Shown: piece after piece, positions 20,072-29,030 of the stretch | How positions within the stretch are numbered: the stretch's first letter is position 1 | Layout: the number at the start of each line of letters is the position of its first letter | DNA from: an uncultured Alphaproteobacteria bacterium | GTDB taxonomy: Bacteria > Pseudomonadota > Alphaproteobacteria > Micavibrionales > UBA1664 | Length of the DNA stretch: 64,000 bases | NCBI GenBank assembly: GCA_943789475.1 | Contig: CALSUG010000005.1 | Location: 205,470 to 269,469, forward strand | Direction of reading: 5' to 3' | Notes under the pieces: generated by a model | What the model saw: the letters and a program-made list of their open reading frames with translations, nothing else | What the model was told of the DNA's origin: nothing | Databases searched by the model: none | Made by a program: the position numbers and the translations under genes

Positions 20072-20138
20072 GTATTATTTATAGCAAGGGACATTGCGTA
20101 AAAGATAGAATGAAGCTGTGGTTATTAACAGTTTGAAG

Positions 20139-20417
20139 TTAGCTGTTAAACGCAAGTGTCATATTTATAAGGTTGCGCGCTGTTTCTAATCCCGCATCAC
20201 TTGTATAAGCGAGTTCAGATAGTGTGGAGCCTTCAACTTGAGAAAAGGCAGTGTTAACAAGTTTCGATATTTCCCAATCTTGATCTGTCTCTAATATTTG
20301 TTCAGAATATGATCGTAAATTTCTTATACGAGATTCACCGTTAGGTTCAGGAGTTATCCCTTTTTCTCTCGTTTCCCATTCTAGATCAAAAGCTTCAAAG
20401 CCTGAATGAAATCCCAT
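20139..20417 (-). CDS. hypothetical acidic protein (92 aa)
   Basis: The ORF lies between pdhC and the dNK-like gene. Its ATG is immediately preceded by tandem AGAAATAGGG repeats that place GGGAG 8 nt upstream. Confidence 0.4.
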   Translation of the reverse strand: MGFHSGFEAFDLEWETREKGITPEPNGESRIRNLRSYSEQILETDQDWEISKLVNTAFSQVEGSTLSELAYTSDAGLETARNLINMTLAFNS

Positions 20418-20457
20418 CCCTATTTCTCCCTATTTCTCCCTATTTCTCCCTATTTTT
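20418..20457. repeat. 10-bp tandem repeat, 3 perfect + 1 imperfect unit (plus strand ccctatttct; minus strand AGAAATAGGG)
   Basis: Read directly: units at 20418-27, 20428-37, 20438-47 and 20448-57 (ccctattttt). Confidence 0.95.
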
Positions 20458-20477
20458 GTTTGCATGGTTTTTTATGA

Positions 20478-21752
20478 CTATACAAACAAAAGGATAGGAT
20501 TTTCAATATATTTCTGGAATGCTTGTAAAAATTGTGCACCAACGGCGCCATCAACAACACGGTGATCACATGACAAAGTCGCCTTCATTGTTGTTCCAAC
20601 AACGATTTGACCATTTTCAACGATTGGCTTTTCAACCCCTGCCCCAACGGCAATGATACATGCCTGTGGTGGGTTAATAATTGCAGAAAATTCTGTGATA
20701 CCAAACATACCAAGGTTTGATACGGAGCATGTTCCACCTTGGAATTCATGTGGCATTAATTTTCCATCACGTGCCTTTTTCGCCAATTCTTTCATTTCAA
20801 CGGAAATAGATGGCAATCCTTTATGTTCCGCCTCTTTAATGATTGGTGTAATCAAACCAGTTGGTGTGGCGACAGCAACGGATACATCAGAATTCTCATA
20901 TTTGATAATTGCCTCATCCGTCCATGATGCATTAGCCGCAGGAACGTCTTGTAATGCCATGGCCGTTGCCTTAATGACAAAGTCATTCACGGATAATTTG
21001 TACTTTCCATTGGCATTGGCGTTCACGCTTTTGCGCGTATCCATCAATTTATCAATACGACATTCAACGGTTAGGTAGAAATGCGGGACCGTTTGTTTTG
21101 ACTCTGTTAAACGACCTGCGATGACTTCGCGCATTTTTGTAACTGGTTCAACTTCATAAGCCATACCCAGCATATCGGCCAATTCACGTGCATTAGGGCC
21201 AGAGGCGCTTGTTTTTGGTGCACCTTGTGGGCGTGCCGTTTCAACATCGGATTTAACAACACGACCATGTGGGCCAGAACCGTTAATTTGTGAAAGGTTT
21301 AACCCCTTATCCGCCGCCATACGACGTGCCAATGGTGATGCAAAAATACGACCATTGGATGATGTTTTTCCGTTATGTGTTTTACGTTGTGGTGTATTAA
21401 TCGCCTGTGCTTGTTGTGGTGCAGGTGATGATTTTTCATCTGCCTTTGGCGTTGCCGTAGGTGCAGCGGTATCACTTGCCAAGAATGCATCAACATCTGC
21501 GCCCTCTTCGCCTTCTTCCAACAAAACAGCAATCGCCGTATTAACAGCAACGTTTTCAGACCCGCCTGTGATCAAAATTTTTGCAATTGTACCTTCATCA
21601 ACGGCCTCGACCTCCATCGTGGCTTTATCCGTTTCAATTTCGGCAATCACGTCACCGGCTTGTACAACGTCTCCCTCGTTTTTTGTCCATTTGGCTAACT
21701 TGCCTTCGGTCATTGTTGGGGAAAGTGCGGGCATTAAAATTTTTGTAGGCAT
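20478..21752 (-). CDS. pdhC: pyruvate dehydrogenase complex dihydrolipoamide acetyltransferase (E2)
   Basis: 424 aa with lipoyl domain [13 protein letters not shown]3-binding ASPLARRMA and catalytic DHRVVDGA. Confidence 0.93.
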   Translation of the reverse strand: MPTKILMPALSPTMTEGKLAKWTKNEGDVVQAGDVIAEIETDKATMEVEAVDEGTIAKILITGGSENVAVNTAIAVLLEEGEEGADVDAFLASDTAAPTATPKADEKSSPAPQQAQAINTPQRKTHNGKTSSNGRIFASPLARRMAADKGLNLSQINGSGPHGRVVKSDVETARPQGAPKTSASGPNARELADMLGMAYEVEPVTKMREVIAGRLTESKQTVPHFYLTVECRIDKLMDTRKSVNANANGKYKLSVNDFVIKATAMALQDVPAANASWTDEAIIKYENSDVSVAVATPTGLITPIIKEAEHKGLPSISVEMKELAKKARDGKLMPHEFQGGTCSVSNLGMFGITEFSAIINPPQACIIAVGAGVEKPIVENGQIVVGTTMKATLSCDHRVVDGAVGAQFLQAFQKYIENPILLFV

Positions 21753-21759
21753 TTTTATC

Positions 21760-23193
21760 TTAATCCTTATAACAAGCGCGTTTTGCTGCGTTTACGATAT
21801 CATCGACTTGTGGCAATGCAAGTTGTTCCAAATTCGCCGCATATGGCAATGGGACATCTTTTGCATGAACACGCTCCAATGGTGCATCCAAATAATCAAA
21901 TGCATGTTCACCGATTAAAGCCGCGATTTCCGCGCCGACACCGTTTTGTGGGAAACCTTCTTCACACGCGACAATACGGTTTGTTTTCTTAACCGATTCC
22001 AAAATTGTATGACGATCAAGTGGACGAATTGTACGAAGGTTTACAACCTCGGCATTTATCCCCTGTTCGGCCAAAATTTCCGCCGCTTGCATTGCTTTAC
22101 CAACCATAAGAGAGAACGCAGTGATAGTTACATCTGTTCCCGCGCGTTCGATTTTTGCGCGACCTAATGGAACAACATATTCAGGGTCCGTTGGGCATTC
22201 GAATGTTTGACCGTACATCAATTCATTTTCAAGAAATACAACAGGGTTCGGGTCACGAATTGCCGCCTTCATCAAACCATATGCATCCGCCGCAGACCAA
22301 GGTGAAACAACTTTCAACCCTGGAATGTGTGAATACCACGCCGCGTAACATTGTGAATGTTGCGCACCAACACGTGCCGCGGCACCATTTGGACCACGGA
22401 ACACGATTTGACAACCTAATTGACCACCCGCCATATAAAGCGTTTTTGCGGCCGAATTAATCAAATGGTCAATCGCCTGCATCGCAAAGTTCATTGTCAT
22501 GAATTCAACAATTGGTTTACATCCTGTGAACGCAGAACCAACGGCCAAACCAGCAAAACCATGTTCGGTAATTGGTGTGTCGATAACACGTTTATCACCA
22601 AATTCATCCAACATGCCCTGTGTAACCTTGTAAGGACCGTTATATTCGGCAACTTCTTCACCCATAACATAGATGGATTCATCATCACGCATTTCTTCAC
22701 TCATCGCTTTACGCAATGCTTCGCGGACTGTTGTTTCTTCAGTATTTTTCCAAAATGATTCTTCATCAAATTTTGGTGGCTGAATTACCTTGCCTTGAGC
22801 GTATAAAATATCACGATTATCAATATCAGCACCCTCTGACTGTGATGTTGTCGCTTGAGCAACAGGTGCATCATTTTGCGCAGGAGCCTCTACAGCGGTA
22901 GGCGTAGGAGATGAAGATGCTTTCATATTTGCAATATCATCCGCGCTTTCGCCCTCTTCCAATAATACAGCAATAAGTGTGTTCACGACAACATTTTCAG
23001 TTCCAGCAGGAACATTAATTTTACCAATGACACCGTCATCAACGGCTTCGACTTCCATTGTGGCTTTGTCTGTTTCGATTTCGGCAATCACGTCACCAGC
23101 CTGCACAGAATCCCCTTCTGATTTTGTCCATTTGGCAAGTTTACCTTCGGTCATTGTTGGCGATAACGCCGGCATTAAAATTTCTATTGGCAT
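21760..23193 (-). CDS. pdhB: pyruvate dehydrogenase E1 beta subunit with N-terminal lipoyl domain
   Basis: 477 aa. The N-terminal 80 aa are a lipoyl domain almost identical to that of PdhC. A transketolase-like pyrimidine-binding and C-terminal domain follow ([13 protein letters not shown]). Confidence 0.93.
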   Translation of the reverse strand: MPIEILMPALSPTMTEGKLAKWTKSEGDSVQAGDVIAEIETDKATMEVEAVDDGVIGKINVPAGTENVVVNTLIAVLLEEGESADDIANMKASSSPTPTAVEAPAQNDAPVAQATTSQSEGADIDNRDILYAQGKVIQPPKFDEESFWKNTEETTVREALRKAMSEEMRDDESIYVMGEEVAEYNGPYKVTQGMLDEFGDKRVIDTPITEHGFAGLAVGSAFTGCKPIVEFMTMNFAMQAIDHLINSAAKTLYMAGGQLGCQIVFRGPNGAAARVGAQHSQCYAAWYSHIPGLKVVSPWSAADAYGLMKAAIRDPNPVVFLENELMYGQTFECPTDPEYVVPLGRAKIERAGTDVTITAFSLMVGKAMQAAEILAEQGINAEVVNLRTIRPLDRHTILESVKKTNRIVACEEGFPQNGVGAEIAALIGEHAFDYLDAPLERVHAKDVPLPYAANLEQLALPQVDDIVNAAKRACYKD

Positions 23194-23199
23194 TTTAAG

Positions 23200-24201
23200 T
23201 TATTTCACCTCCACTAAAACATCAGTCCATAGCTCTTCTGGGGCTGGTTCAGGTGATGTTTTTGAAAATTCTTCTGTTTCTTTTACTATGGCTTTGATTT
23301 CTTTATCAATAACCTTCAAATCATCTTCGGTTACGCCATTTTCAAACATAACGCCTTTTAATCTTGTTATTGGGTCTTTTGATTTTTTGTAATCTTCAAC
23401 CTCTTCCTTTGGACGGTAAGTTGCAGGGTCAGACATAGAATGCCCACGGTAACGATATGTCATGAATTCAAGAACATATGGTCCTTTACCAGAGCGTACA
23501 TGGTCAAGCGCACGACGTGCAGCCTCTTGAACCACAAATACATCTTGCCCATCAACTTGTTCGCCAGGAATATTAAAGGCTTCGCCACGTTTATAAAGTT
23601 CGCCTGCAGCGTGGCGTTTTGTTGATGTTCCCATCGCGTATTGATTGTTTTCAATCACGTAAAGTACAGGCAGTTTCCAAAGGGATGCCATGTTCATACA
23701 TTCGGCAACTTGTCCTTGATTAACGGCACCGTCACCTGAATAAGCAACACAAACACCGTCATCGCCTTTATATTTATGCGAAAACGCCAATCCGGTTCCT
23801 AGTGCAGTTGATGCACCAACGATACCATGACCACCAAAGAAGTTTTTTTCGGCAGAGAACATATGCATTGATCCACCCTTACCGCGTGAATAACCGCCCT
23901 CACGACCTGTTAATTCCGCCATAATACCCTTTGGGTCCATATCACATGCCAACATGTGTGCATGGTCACGATATGTCGTAATAACAGTGTCTTGTGGTTC
24001 TTGTTGAGATTGTATGCCCGTTACAACGGCTTCTTGACCGATATAAAGGTGACAAAATCCACCAATTAATCCCATACCATACAGTTGTCCTGCTTTTTCT
24101 TCGAAACGGCGAATAAGAACCATTTCATGGTACAGTTTTTTCATCTCATCAACAGTTGGTTGCTGATTATGTTTGTTCGTTACTTTTTTCTTAGCAGCCA
24201 T
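23200..24201 (-). CDS. pdhA: pyruvate dehydrogenase E1 alpha subunit
   Basis: 333 aa with the TPP-binding region YSGDGAVNQGQ...ENNQYAMGT and YRYRGHSMSDP. AAGGAG SD lies upstream. Confidence 0.93.
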   Translation of the reverse strand: MAAKKKVTNKHNQQPTVDEMKKLYHEMVLIRRFEEKAGQLYGMGLIGGFCHLYIGQEAVVTGIQSQQEPQDTVITTYRDHAHMLACDMDPKGIMAELTGREGGYSRGKGGSMHMFSAEKNFFGGHGIVGASTALGTGLAFSHKYKGDDGVCVAYSGDGAVNQGQVAECMNMASLWKLPVLYVIENNQYAMGTSTKRHAAGELYKRGEAFNIPGEQVDGQDVFVVQEAARRALDHVRSGKGPYVLEFMTYRYRGHSMSDPATYRPKEEVEDYKKSKDPITRLKGVMFENGVTEDDLKVIDKEIKAIVKETEEFSKTSPEPAPEELWTDVLVEVK

Positions 24202-24311
24202 AAAAAAGGCTCTCCTTAATTGTTTAAGTCGTCATGATTTTTAGAGTATTTAGATGTAAAGATAAAGTCATATCACATGGTGCGTCGCACAAATATGTGT
24301 ATGGTTGTATT

Positions 24312-24632
24312 TTAAGAATTTTTATTTTGGATGATAATCATGCCACCATTGGTGTTGTGTCCCAACATGCGGATGGCGTATTCTTCAACCAAATCTTGAT
24401 CAAGTGTCTCTGGTTGTAATTTTGTAACGTGAATTTGTAATTGTTCTTTTTCGTCGTTTAACACAACGAGTTTTTGTTCCAATTCAATTTGTTGTGCGGA
24501 TAGTGTCATTAGGTTAGGAATTGATCGCTCGCTAGCGAATAGGTGAAATAATAAATAAACTAACGTAAGTGACAGAAATGCAATCGCAAATCGTTTATTT
24601 GTGTTGTTTTGTGTTTTATATCCCTTACCCAT
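24312..24632 (-). CDS. septum formation initiator family protein (FtsB/DivIC-like)
   Basis: 106 aa with a single TM helix, a coiled coil (QQIELEQKLVVLNDEKEQLQ) and a C-terminal LDQDLVEEYAIRMLG motif. It sits in the conserved position upstream of pdhA in alphaproteobacteria. Confidence 0.75.
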   Translation of the reverse strand: MGKGYKTQNNTNKRFAIAFLSLTLVYLLFHLFASERSIPNLMTLSAQQIELEQKLVVLNDEKEQLQIHVTKLQPETLDQDLVEEYAIRMLGHNTNGGMIIIQNKNS

Positions 24633-24641
24633 GCCTCTATA

Positions 24642-24776
24642 GAATCACGAAACGAATCGGTCACAAAGCAAAAAACGAATCATTTTTAGGCGAAATAACC
24701 TAATAGATTCATTTGATTCATTTTTTAGTCTCTATTGCGATAAAACAATACGAGCAAATGTTCTCTTTTTGGACTC
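24642..24776. promoter_or_regulatory. cluster of six GANTC (CcrM-type) sites in the ftsB-like/ORF24856 divergent spacer
   Basis: GAATC at 24642, 24654 and 24677; GATTC at 24706 and 24715; GACTC at 24772. The first is 10 nt upstream of the ftsB-like ATG. Confidence 0.4.
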
Positions 24777-24855
24777 GTTTAAAGTCAGGTGGAATTAACT
24801 TTGCTTTCATATTGCTTCAGTATGATGGTTTTAAAATTAAAAGGAAAATATTTCT

Positions 24856-25338
24856 ATGAGTGGTATATTTAGCGAAAATGTGATCGATGACACGCCGTTG
24901 GATATTATTGAATCTCTTCGTATTGGGTTGGAGAGAACAATTGCACAAACTGATCTTAATGTTGATAAAGATCAGTTTTATAATGGCCGCCTTGTTTTTG
25001 AAACAGGTGATTTTGATGGAGTAATCAGTGTTGAGCAAATAAAGGCAAGTCCGAATACAGGCAAAACACGTTATAAAATCAATGTTAAGATAAGTAACGA
25101 CGATTTAACTAATAGAAAAGATACCGTAAACATTATTAAGAGTATGTTTAAAAGGATGCTTGGCGCTGAATATTTTGAGGATGTAAAGATTCAAATCGCA
25201 GATAAATTAAATAATTCTGTTTTTAATGAAGGCGCAGGTTTTGTGGAGATTGGTGCAGATAAAAAAATAATTTTAAAAGCTGTCCTCGCAAATCATAATC
25301 AGCGAGGACGAAAAGCTATTAACTCTTTAGATATTTAA
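24856..25338 (+). CDS. hypothetical protein (160 aa)
   Basis: The ORF has AAGGAAA upstream. I recognise no motif. Confidence 0.45.
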   Translation: MSGIFSENVIDDTPLDIIESLRIGLERTIAQTDLNVDKDQFYNGRLVFETGDFDGVISVEQIKASPNTGKTRYKINVKISNDDLTNRKDTVNIIKSMFKRMLGAEYFEDVKIQIADKLNNSVFNEGAGFVEIGADKKIILKAVLANHNQRGRKAINSLDI

Positions 25339-25343
25339 GAAAA

Positions 25344-25868
25344 CTAGAGCATACGATTTAAAACATCGTTTTCTGGTTTTTCAAAAAACTTATGCTTTTG
25401 CTTTAAGGCTCCAATGATATGAAGAGCCACAAGTCCCAAAACTGTATAGGCTGCTATTTCGTGTAGTTCACCAGCTATTTCAAAAATCTCTTTATTTTTA
25501 CTAAATATTGCAGGAACGGTAAGGTTAAACAAGGGAACATCGTGTCCACCGGTTGTTGAATATACGTATCCAATCACAGGAACAAAAAGCATCCCGATAT
25601 ATAATAATATATGCGTGAGGTGCGATAATTTCTTTTCGATTGGTTTTATTCCAGAGGGTAAAGGAGGAACTGTTGTTATTTTTCTTAAAATAAAACGTAA
25701 AGGAAATAGCATTAAAACAACCATTCCAAAACTTTTGTGCCAATCATAAAGGTCGTAACGTCCCTCTTCTGGAGTTAATGTGTTCATATACCACCCCATG
25801 GCAATAAGTCCAAGAATCCCAAAGGCCATAGCCCAGTGTGTGATGCGTAATAAGGGGTGGTATTTCAT
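25344..25868 (-). CDS. cytochrome b561 (CybB) family protein
   Basis: It has four TM helices with the conserved His pattern (RITHWAMAF, WHKSFG, ELHEIAAY, ALHIIGALK). The start is moved to ATG 25868 (GGAG SD) because the track ORF extends into the tRNA-Ser gene. Confidence 0.8.
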   Translation of the reverse strand: MKYHPLLRITHWAMAFGILGLIAMGWYMNTLTPEEGRYDLYDWHKSFGMVVLMLFPLRFILRKITTVPPLPSGIKPIEKKLSHLTHILLYIGMLFVPVIGYVYSTTGGHDVPLFNLTVPAIFSKNKEIFEIAGELHEIAAYTVLGLVALHIIGALKQKHKFFEKPENDVLNRML

Positions 25869-25942
25869 GCGTTTAATCTCCAAATAAGAATTTATACCGT
25901 ATATGTATGATTGAAATGTGACTTTTTTATGATCTTGAAAAA

Positions 25943-26035
25943 TGGCGGGCACGGAGGGATTCGAACCCTCGATGAGGCTATAAACCCCATACTCCCTTAG
26001 CAGGGGAGCGCCTTCAGCCGCTCGGCCACGTGCCC
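25943..26035 (-). tRNA. tRNA-Ser (anticodon GCU)
   Basis: Hand-folded: acceptor GGGCACG/CGTGCCC, D arm GCC..GGC, anticodon stem CTCCC/GGGAG with loop CTGCTAA, a long variable arm, T arm GAGGG-TTCGAAT-CCCTC, and an encoded CCA. Confidence 0.9.
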
Positions 26036-26169
26036 ATTCATCAAACTGTGATTTGATTTAAAAGACACTATATTTTCATGTGTTTAAAATCAACTCTTAA
26101 ATAATCAATATTGAACGAAAATTTTAGGTAGGGTAAAACATATCAAAAGAATAATAAGGAAATAATACT

Positions 26170-27474
26170 ATGTTTGATTTAAAAGATATTCGTAATAGAG
26201 CTGCAGAATACGATGCCAATTGGGCACGTCGTGGGTTGGGTGCTCAAACACCAACAATTTTAAATTTGGATGAAAAACGCCGTGCAATCCAAACTGAGCT
26301 GCAAGATGTGCAGAATGAGCGTAACGTAAAATCAAAAGAAATTGGTCAAATTAAATCACAAGGTGGTGATGCGGGCGCTATTATGGCGGAAGTGGCCGCG
26401 TTAAAAGACCGTATGGCAATTTTAGAAACACAAGAACGCGATGTGTCAGAACAATTAAATGGGATATTATCTGCTATCCCTAATCAGTTAGCTGATGATG
26501 TTCCTAATGGCGCCGACGAAGATGAAAATGTAGAAATCCGTAGATTTATGGATCAGCCAGATTTGATTGAAAACCATCCTGATCATGTGGAGATTGGTGA
26601 AAGATTGAGCATGATGGATTTTGAAACTGCTGCAAAAGTTTCAGGATCACGCTTTGTTATTTTAAAAGGAGCGCTAGCTAAATTGGATCGTGCGCTGGCT
26701 CAATTTATGCTGGATACACATACGGTGGAGCATGGTTATACTGAAATCCAACCGCCATTGCTTGTGACAAGTGATGTTATGTATGGAACAACACAATTGC
26801 CTAAATTCGAAGATGATCAATTCGAAACAACGGATGGTCGTTGGTTGTTGCCAACATCTGAGGTTGTTTTAACAAACTTAGTTCGTGAAGATATTATTGA
26901 TTTAGACGACCCTATGCGTTTTACGGCGTATACTCCCTGTTTCCGTAAGGAGGCTGGATCCGCAGGACGTGATACACGTGGTATGATCCGTCAGCACCAG
27001 TTTTATAAGGTTGAGATGGTGAGCATTACACGTCCAGAAGATTCTAAGGCAGAACATGAAAGAATGGTTGGATGTGCAGAAACTATATTGAAGAAATTGG
27101 AATTGCCATTCCGTACAATTGTTCTATGTGCCGGTGATACAGGGTTTGCAGCACAAAAAACATATGATCTTGAAGTGTGGGTTCCTGCACAAGGCAAATA
27201 TCGTGAAATTTCATCATGTTCTAACTGTGGTGACATACAATCACGTCGTATGAATGCGCGTTATCGCCCAGAAGGTGGTAGTAAAGGAACAGAGTTTGTT
27301 CATACATTAAATGGTTCAGGATTGGCCGTTGGGCGATGCCTTGTTGCCGTGATTGAAAATTATTGGGATGACGCAACTCAATCAGTTGTTGTACCAGAAG
27401 TGTTAAAGCCATATATGGGTGGAATTGAACGTATTAGTGTTGATACAAATTCAAAACAAGAAAGAGCAGCTTAA
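26170..27474 (+). CDS. serS: serine--tRNA ligase
   Basis: 434 aa with an N-terminal coiled-coil arm and class II motifs (FRKEAGSAGRDTRGMIRQHQF, GSGLAVGR). Confidence 0.95.
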   Translation: MFDLKDIRNRAAEYDANWARRGLGAQTPTILNLDEKRRAIQTELQDVQNERNVKSKEIGQIKSQGGDAGAIMAEVAALKDRMAILETQERDVSEQLNGILSAIPNQLADDVPNGADEDENVEIRRFMDQPDLIENHPDHVEIGERLSMMDFETAAKVSGSRFVILKGALAKLDRALAQFMLDTHTVEHGYTEIQPPLLVTSDVMYGTTQLPKFEDDQFETTDGRWLLPTSEVVLTNLVREDIIDLDDPMRFTAYTPCFRKEAGSAGRDTRGMIRQHQFYKVEMVSITRPEDSKAEHERMVGCAETILKKLELPFRTIVLCAGDTGFAAQKTYDLEVWVPAQGKYREISSCSNCGDIQSRRMNARYRPEGGSKGTEFVHTLNGSGLAVGRCLVAVIENYWDDATQSVVVPEVLKPYMGGIERISVDTNSKQERAA

Positions 27475-27512
27475 TTTTTAGCAAAGATAAAGATATCTAA
27501 CTTTGCTAAAAA
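27475..27512 (+). terminator. AU-rich 12-bp hairpin after serS (no 3' U-tract; weak terminator candidate)
   Basis: tttttagcaaag (27475-86) pairs with ctttgctaaaaa (27501-12) across a 14-nt loop. Confidence 0.3.
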
Positions 27513-27528
27513 AATGAACGAAATGTAA

Positions 27529-27557
27529 TTGACAGGTGTTTTTAAATTCATTACAAA
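27529..27557 (+). promoter_or_regulatory. sigma70-like promoter candidate for tRNA-Asn
   Basis: TTGACA (27529-34), 17 nt spacer, TACAAA (27552-57), about 24 nt before the tRNA 5' end. Confidence 0.4.
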
Positions 27558-27580
27558 AGCACTTACTTTACAAGGCTTAA

Positions 27581-27655
27581 TCCTCGATAGCTCAGCGGTA
27601 GAGCAGTTGACTGTTAATCAATTGGTCGCAGGTTCGAATCCTGCTCGAGGAGCCA
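27581..27655 (+). tRNA. tRNA-Asn (anticodon GUU)
   Basis: Hand-folded: acceptor TCCTCGA/TCGAGGA, anticodon loop CTGTTAA, T loop GGTTCGAATCC, and an encoded CCA. Confidence 0.92.
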
Positions 27656-27889
27656 TTTTACTTTCCCAACACAATCCTATATAGTCCAGAAACAACAGTA
27701 AACACGGTGTTTTTGGCATTCCATCTGTCCAGCATCGTCCGATTTAATTTTATTAAATCCAGAATGTTTTCGGGTATGCAAATAATTTTTAATTATTATT
27801 TTTAACTATATCAAAGGCTTGCGCTCTTGATATGAGTCCTGCTCGAGAGCCATTGCCTTTCCCAAAATCATCTTATATAATCCCAAAAA
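27639..27889 (+). repeat. imperfect ~53-bp direct repeat: tRNA-Asn 3' end plus flank (27639-27692) duplicated at 27837-27889 (att-site-like)
   Basis: tcctgctcgaggagccattttactttcccaa...tatatagtcc compared with tcctgctcgag-agccatt-gcctttcccaa...tatataatcc. Confidence 0.75.
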
Positions 27890-27958
27890 TATAGGAAAAC
27901 AGTACGATTTAGGCGTCTTAATAGTCTAAAAACGCCCTAAGAGATTTAATGAAATTCA

Positions 27959-28272
27959 ATGTATTTTCGGATCTTAATTCGGGTATTTGAGAATCATGGG
28001 AAAGGTTTGTACCTATTCATCACCAAAACAGGTGGTAAAAGTTGGCGTTATGATTACAAAAGGTCAAACGTTCTAATGACACCTTTAAGAGTGGAACAAA
28101 TAGTATTGGAAACATACATGTATTTGTACGACCTACTGAGTTAGCATCGGCAGAATAGAAAGATTTCGATTTCCAAGATAGCCAATGGATTATCCCTGCT
28201 CTTAAAAAATAAAGATGGGTAACGAGCACATTACTCCCCCCTTATCCTCTCAGACATTATCAATCATTTATA
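27959..28272 (+). pseudogene. remnant of a P4-type tyrosine integrase (N-terminal DUF4102-like piece plus a frameshifted catalytic-domain fragment)
   Basis: GKGLYLFITKTGGKSWRYDYK is the signature N-terminal strand of tRNA-associated integrases. Downstream, QWIIPALKK / MGNEHITPPLSSQTLSII resembles the W.IPA.RMK....H.VPLS.QA..IL segment but lies in another frame, and most of the gene is missing. Confidence 0.6.
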
Positions 28273-28300
28273 AAATCAAATTACAATCAGGGAATAAAAA

Positions 28301-29014
28301 TTAGAATAGATTCCTCAGAACATCTGCAGCGCCATCTATTATTTTTTCTGCTTCATTTATTCCAGGGATAGATACATCAGATAATATACCTTTTTTTGTT
28401 ACCTGTTTTTCAATTTTTGTTAGGTACTGTGTGATGATTTCTGTAATAACATCGCCAGCAGATGTGTTCCCGTTATTTCCAACATTTGCAAAGGATACAG
28501 GGGGTAATTTGAATGTTGCAATATCCTTGTCAAGAAAGGTTATACGAGAGTTAACTTCTGAGGGTTCAATAAGCATCTTTTTAATGATAACATTTACAGC
28601 GGTACTATCCTTCTTTTCTGCCTTACTGTTTTTTGAGGTTAGTTTTTTTAAATCTAGGATATTCATTCCTTTTTCATTGATTTCAACATTAACGATACTT
28701 CCACTAGCCTGAATACTATTAAAGTTGATAAGTTCACGACTGGCTGTGTTTAAAGTGATGGAAACTTGATTTGTTTCTAAAATGTGTTTTCCTCTATATC
28801 CTTGTGGATTGTCGATAAGGATATTGGAAACAGTTACCTTTTTGTTTGACAAAGACAGATCAATATCACCGATGTGGACATCAACACCAAGGGCCTCACT
28901 AGCTATATTTTCTGTTGTTCGTATGATCATAGCATTAAGATTAAAGAACAAGTATGCAGCGCAGGTAAAAACAGATATACCGATTGCGCTCCAAATAAGA
29001 GATTTTTTCTTCAT
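28301..29014 (-). CDS. hypothetical membrane-anchored protein (AsmA-N/DUF748-like by pattern)
   Basis: 237 aa with an N-terminal TM helix. The segment ALGVDVHIGDIDLSLSNKKVTVSNILIDNPQGY is of a kind seen at AsmA-like N-termini. This is recollection only. Confidence 0.4.
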   Translation of the reverse strand: MKKKSLIWSAIGISVFTCAAYLFFNLNAMIIRTTENIASEALGVDVHIGDIDLSLSNKKVTVSNILIDNPQGYRGKHILETNQVSITLNTASRELINFNSIQASGSIVNVEINEKGMNILDLKKLTSKNSKAEKKDSTAVNVIIKKMLIEPSEVNSRITFLDKDIATFKLPPVSFANVGNNGNTSAGDVITEIITQYLTKIEKQVTKKGILSDVSIPGINEAEKIIDGAADVLRNLF

Positions 29015-29030
29015 GATTTTAAGGCTCCTT

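Noticed and set aside
20418-20457. The 10-bp tandem repeat, considered as a mini-CRISPR or integron-type array.
   Set aside because: The units are contiguous with no spacers, there are only four of them, and no cas or integrase gene is nearby. It is a simple microsatellite-type tandem repeat.
21600-23193. A ~150-bp region of about 80% nucleotide identity between the 5' ends of pdhC (21600-21752) and pdhB (23040-23193). I considered it as a possible mobile or recombination repeat.
   Set aside because: It is the lipoyl domain that alphaproteobacterial PdhB proteins normally carry in addition to E2. This is an ancient domain duplication, not a repeat element.
20653-23392. Long antisense ORFs inside pdhC, pdhB and pdhA (for example 20653..21078, 21355..21918, 22420..22758, 22979..23392). 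Similar cases lie inside lpdA (18041..19458), lipA (16624..17046), uup (53091..54421), secA, trkA and others.
   Set aside because: Each lies opposite a gene with unambiguous enzyme motifs. Their translations are low-complexity mirror images (Ser/Thr/Ile/Cys-rich) with no recognisable motifs or SD, so they are shadow ORFs.
24223-24231. The 9-mer tttaagtcg upstream of pdhA, which matches the repeat core seen at 7024-7032.
   Set aside because: A single shared 9-mer in a 64-kb AT-rich window (both strands) is within chance expectation.
25869-25952. 5' extensions of track ORFs: cybB to 25952, secA from 41111, pilin-like 1 from 43815, DUF218 from 37505, lysC to 31337, ubiG from 31192, rplU from 61869, accA from 51403, ntrX to 11491, lipoprotein B to 55152, and the regulator to 61255.
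   Set aside because: The extensions overlap a tRNA or the neighbouring gene, lack homology-like sequence, and an internal Met reproduces the canonical N-terminus (for example [33 protein letters not shown]).
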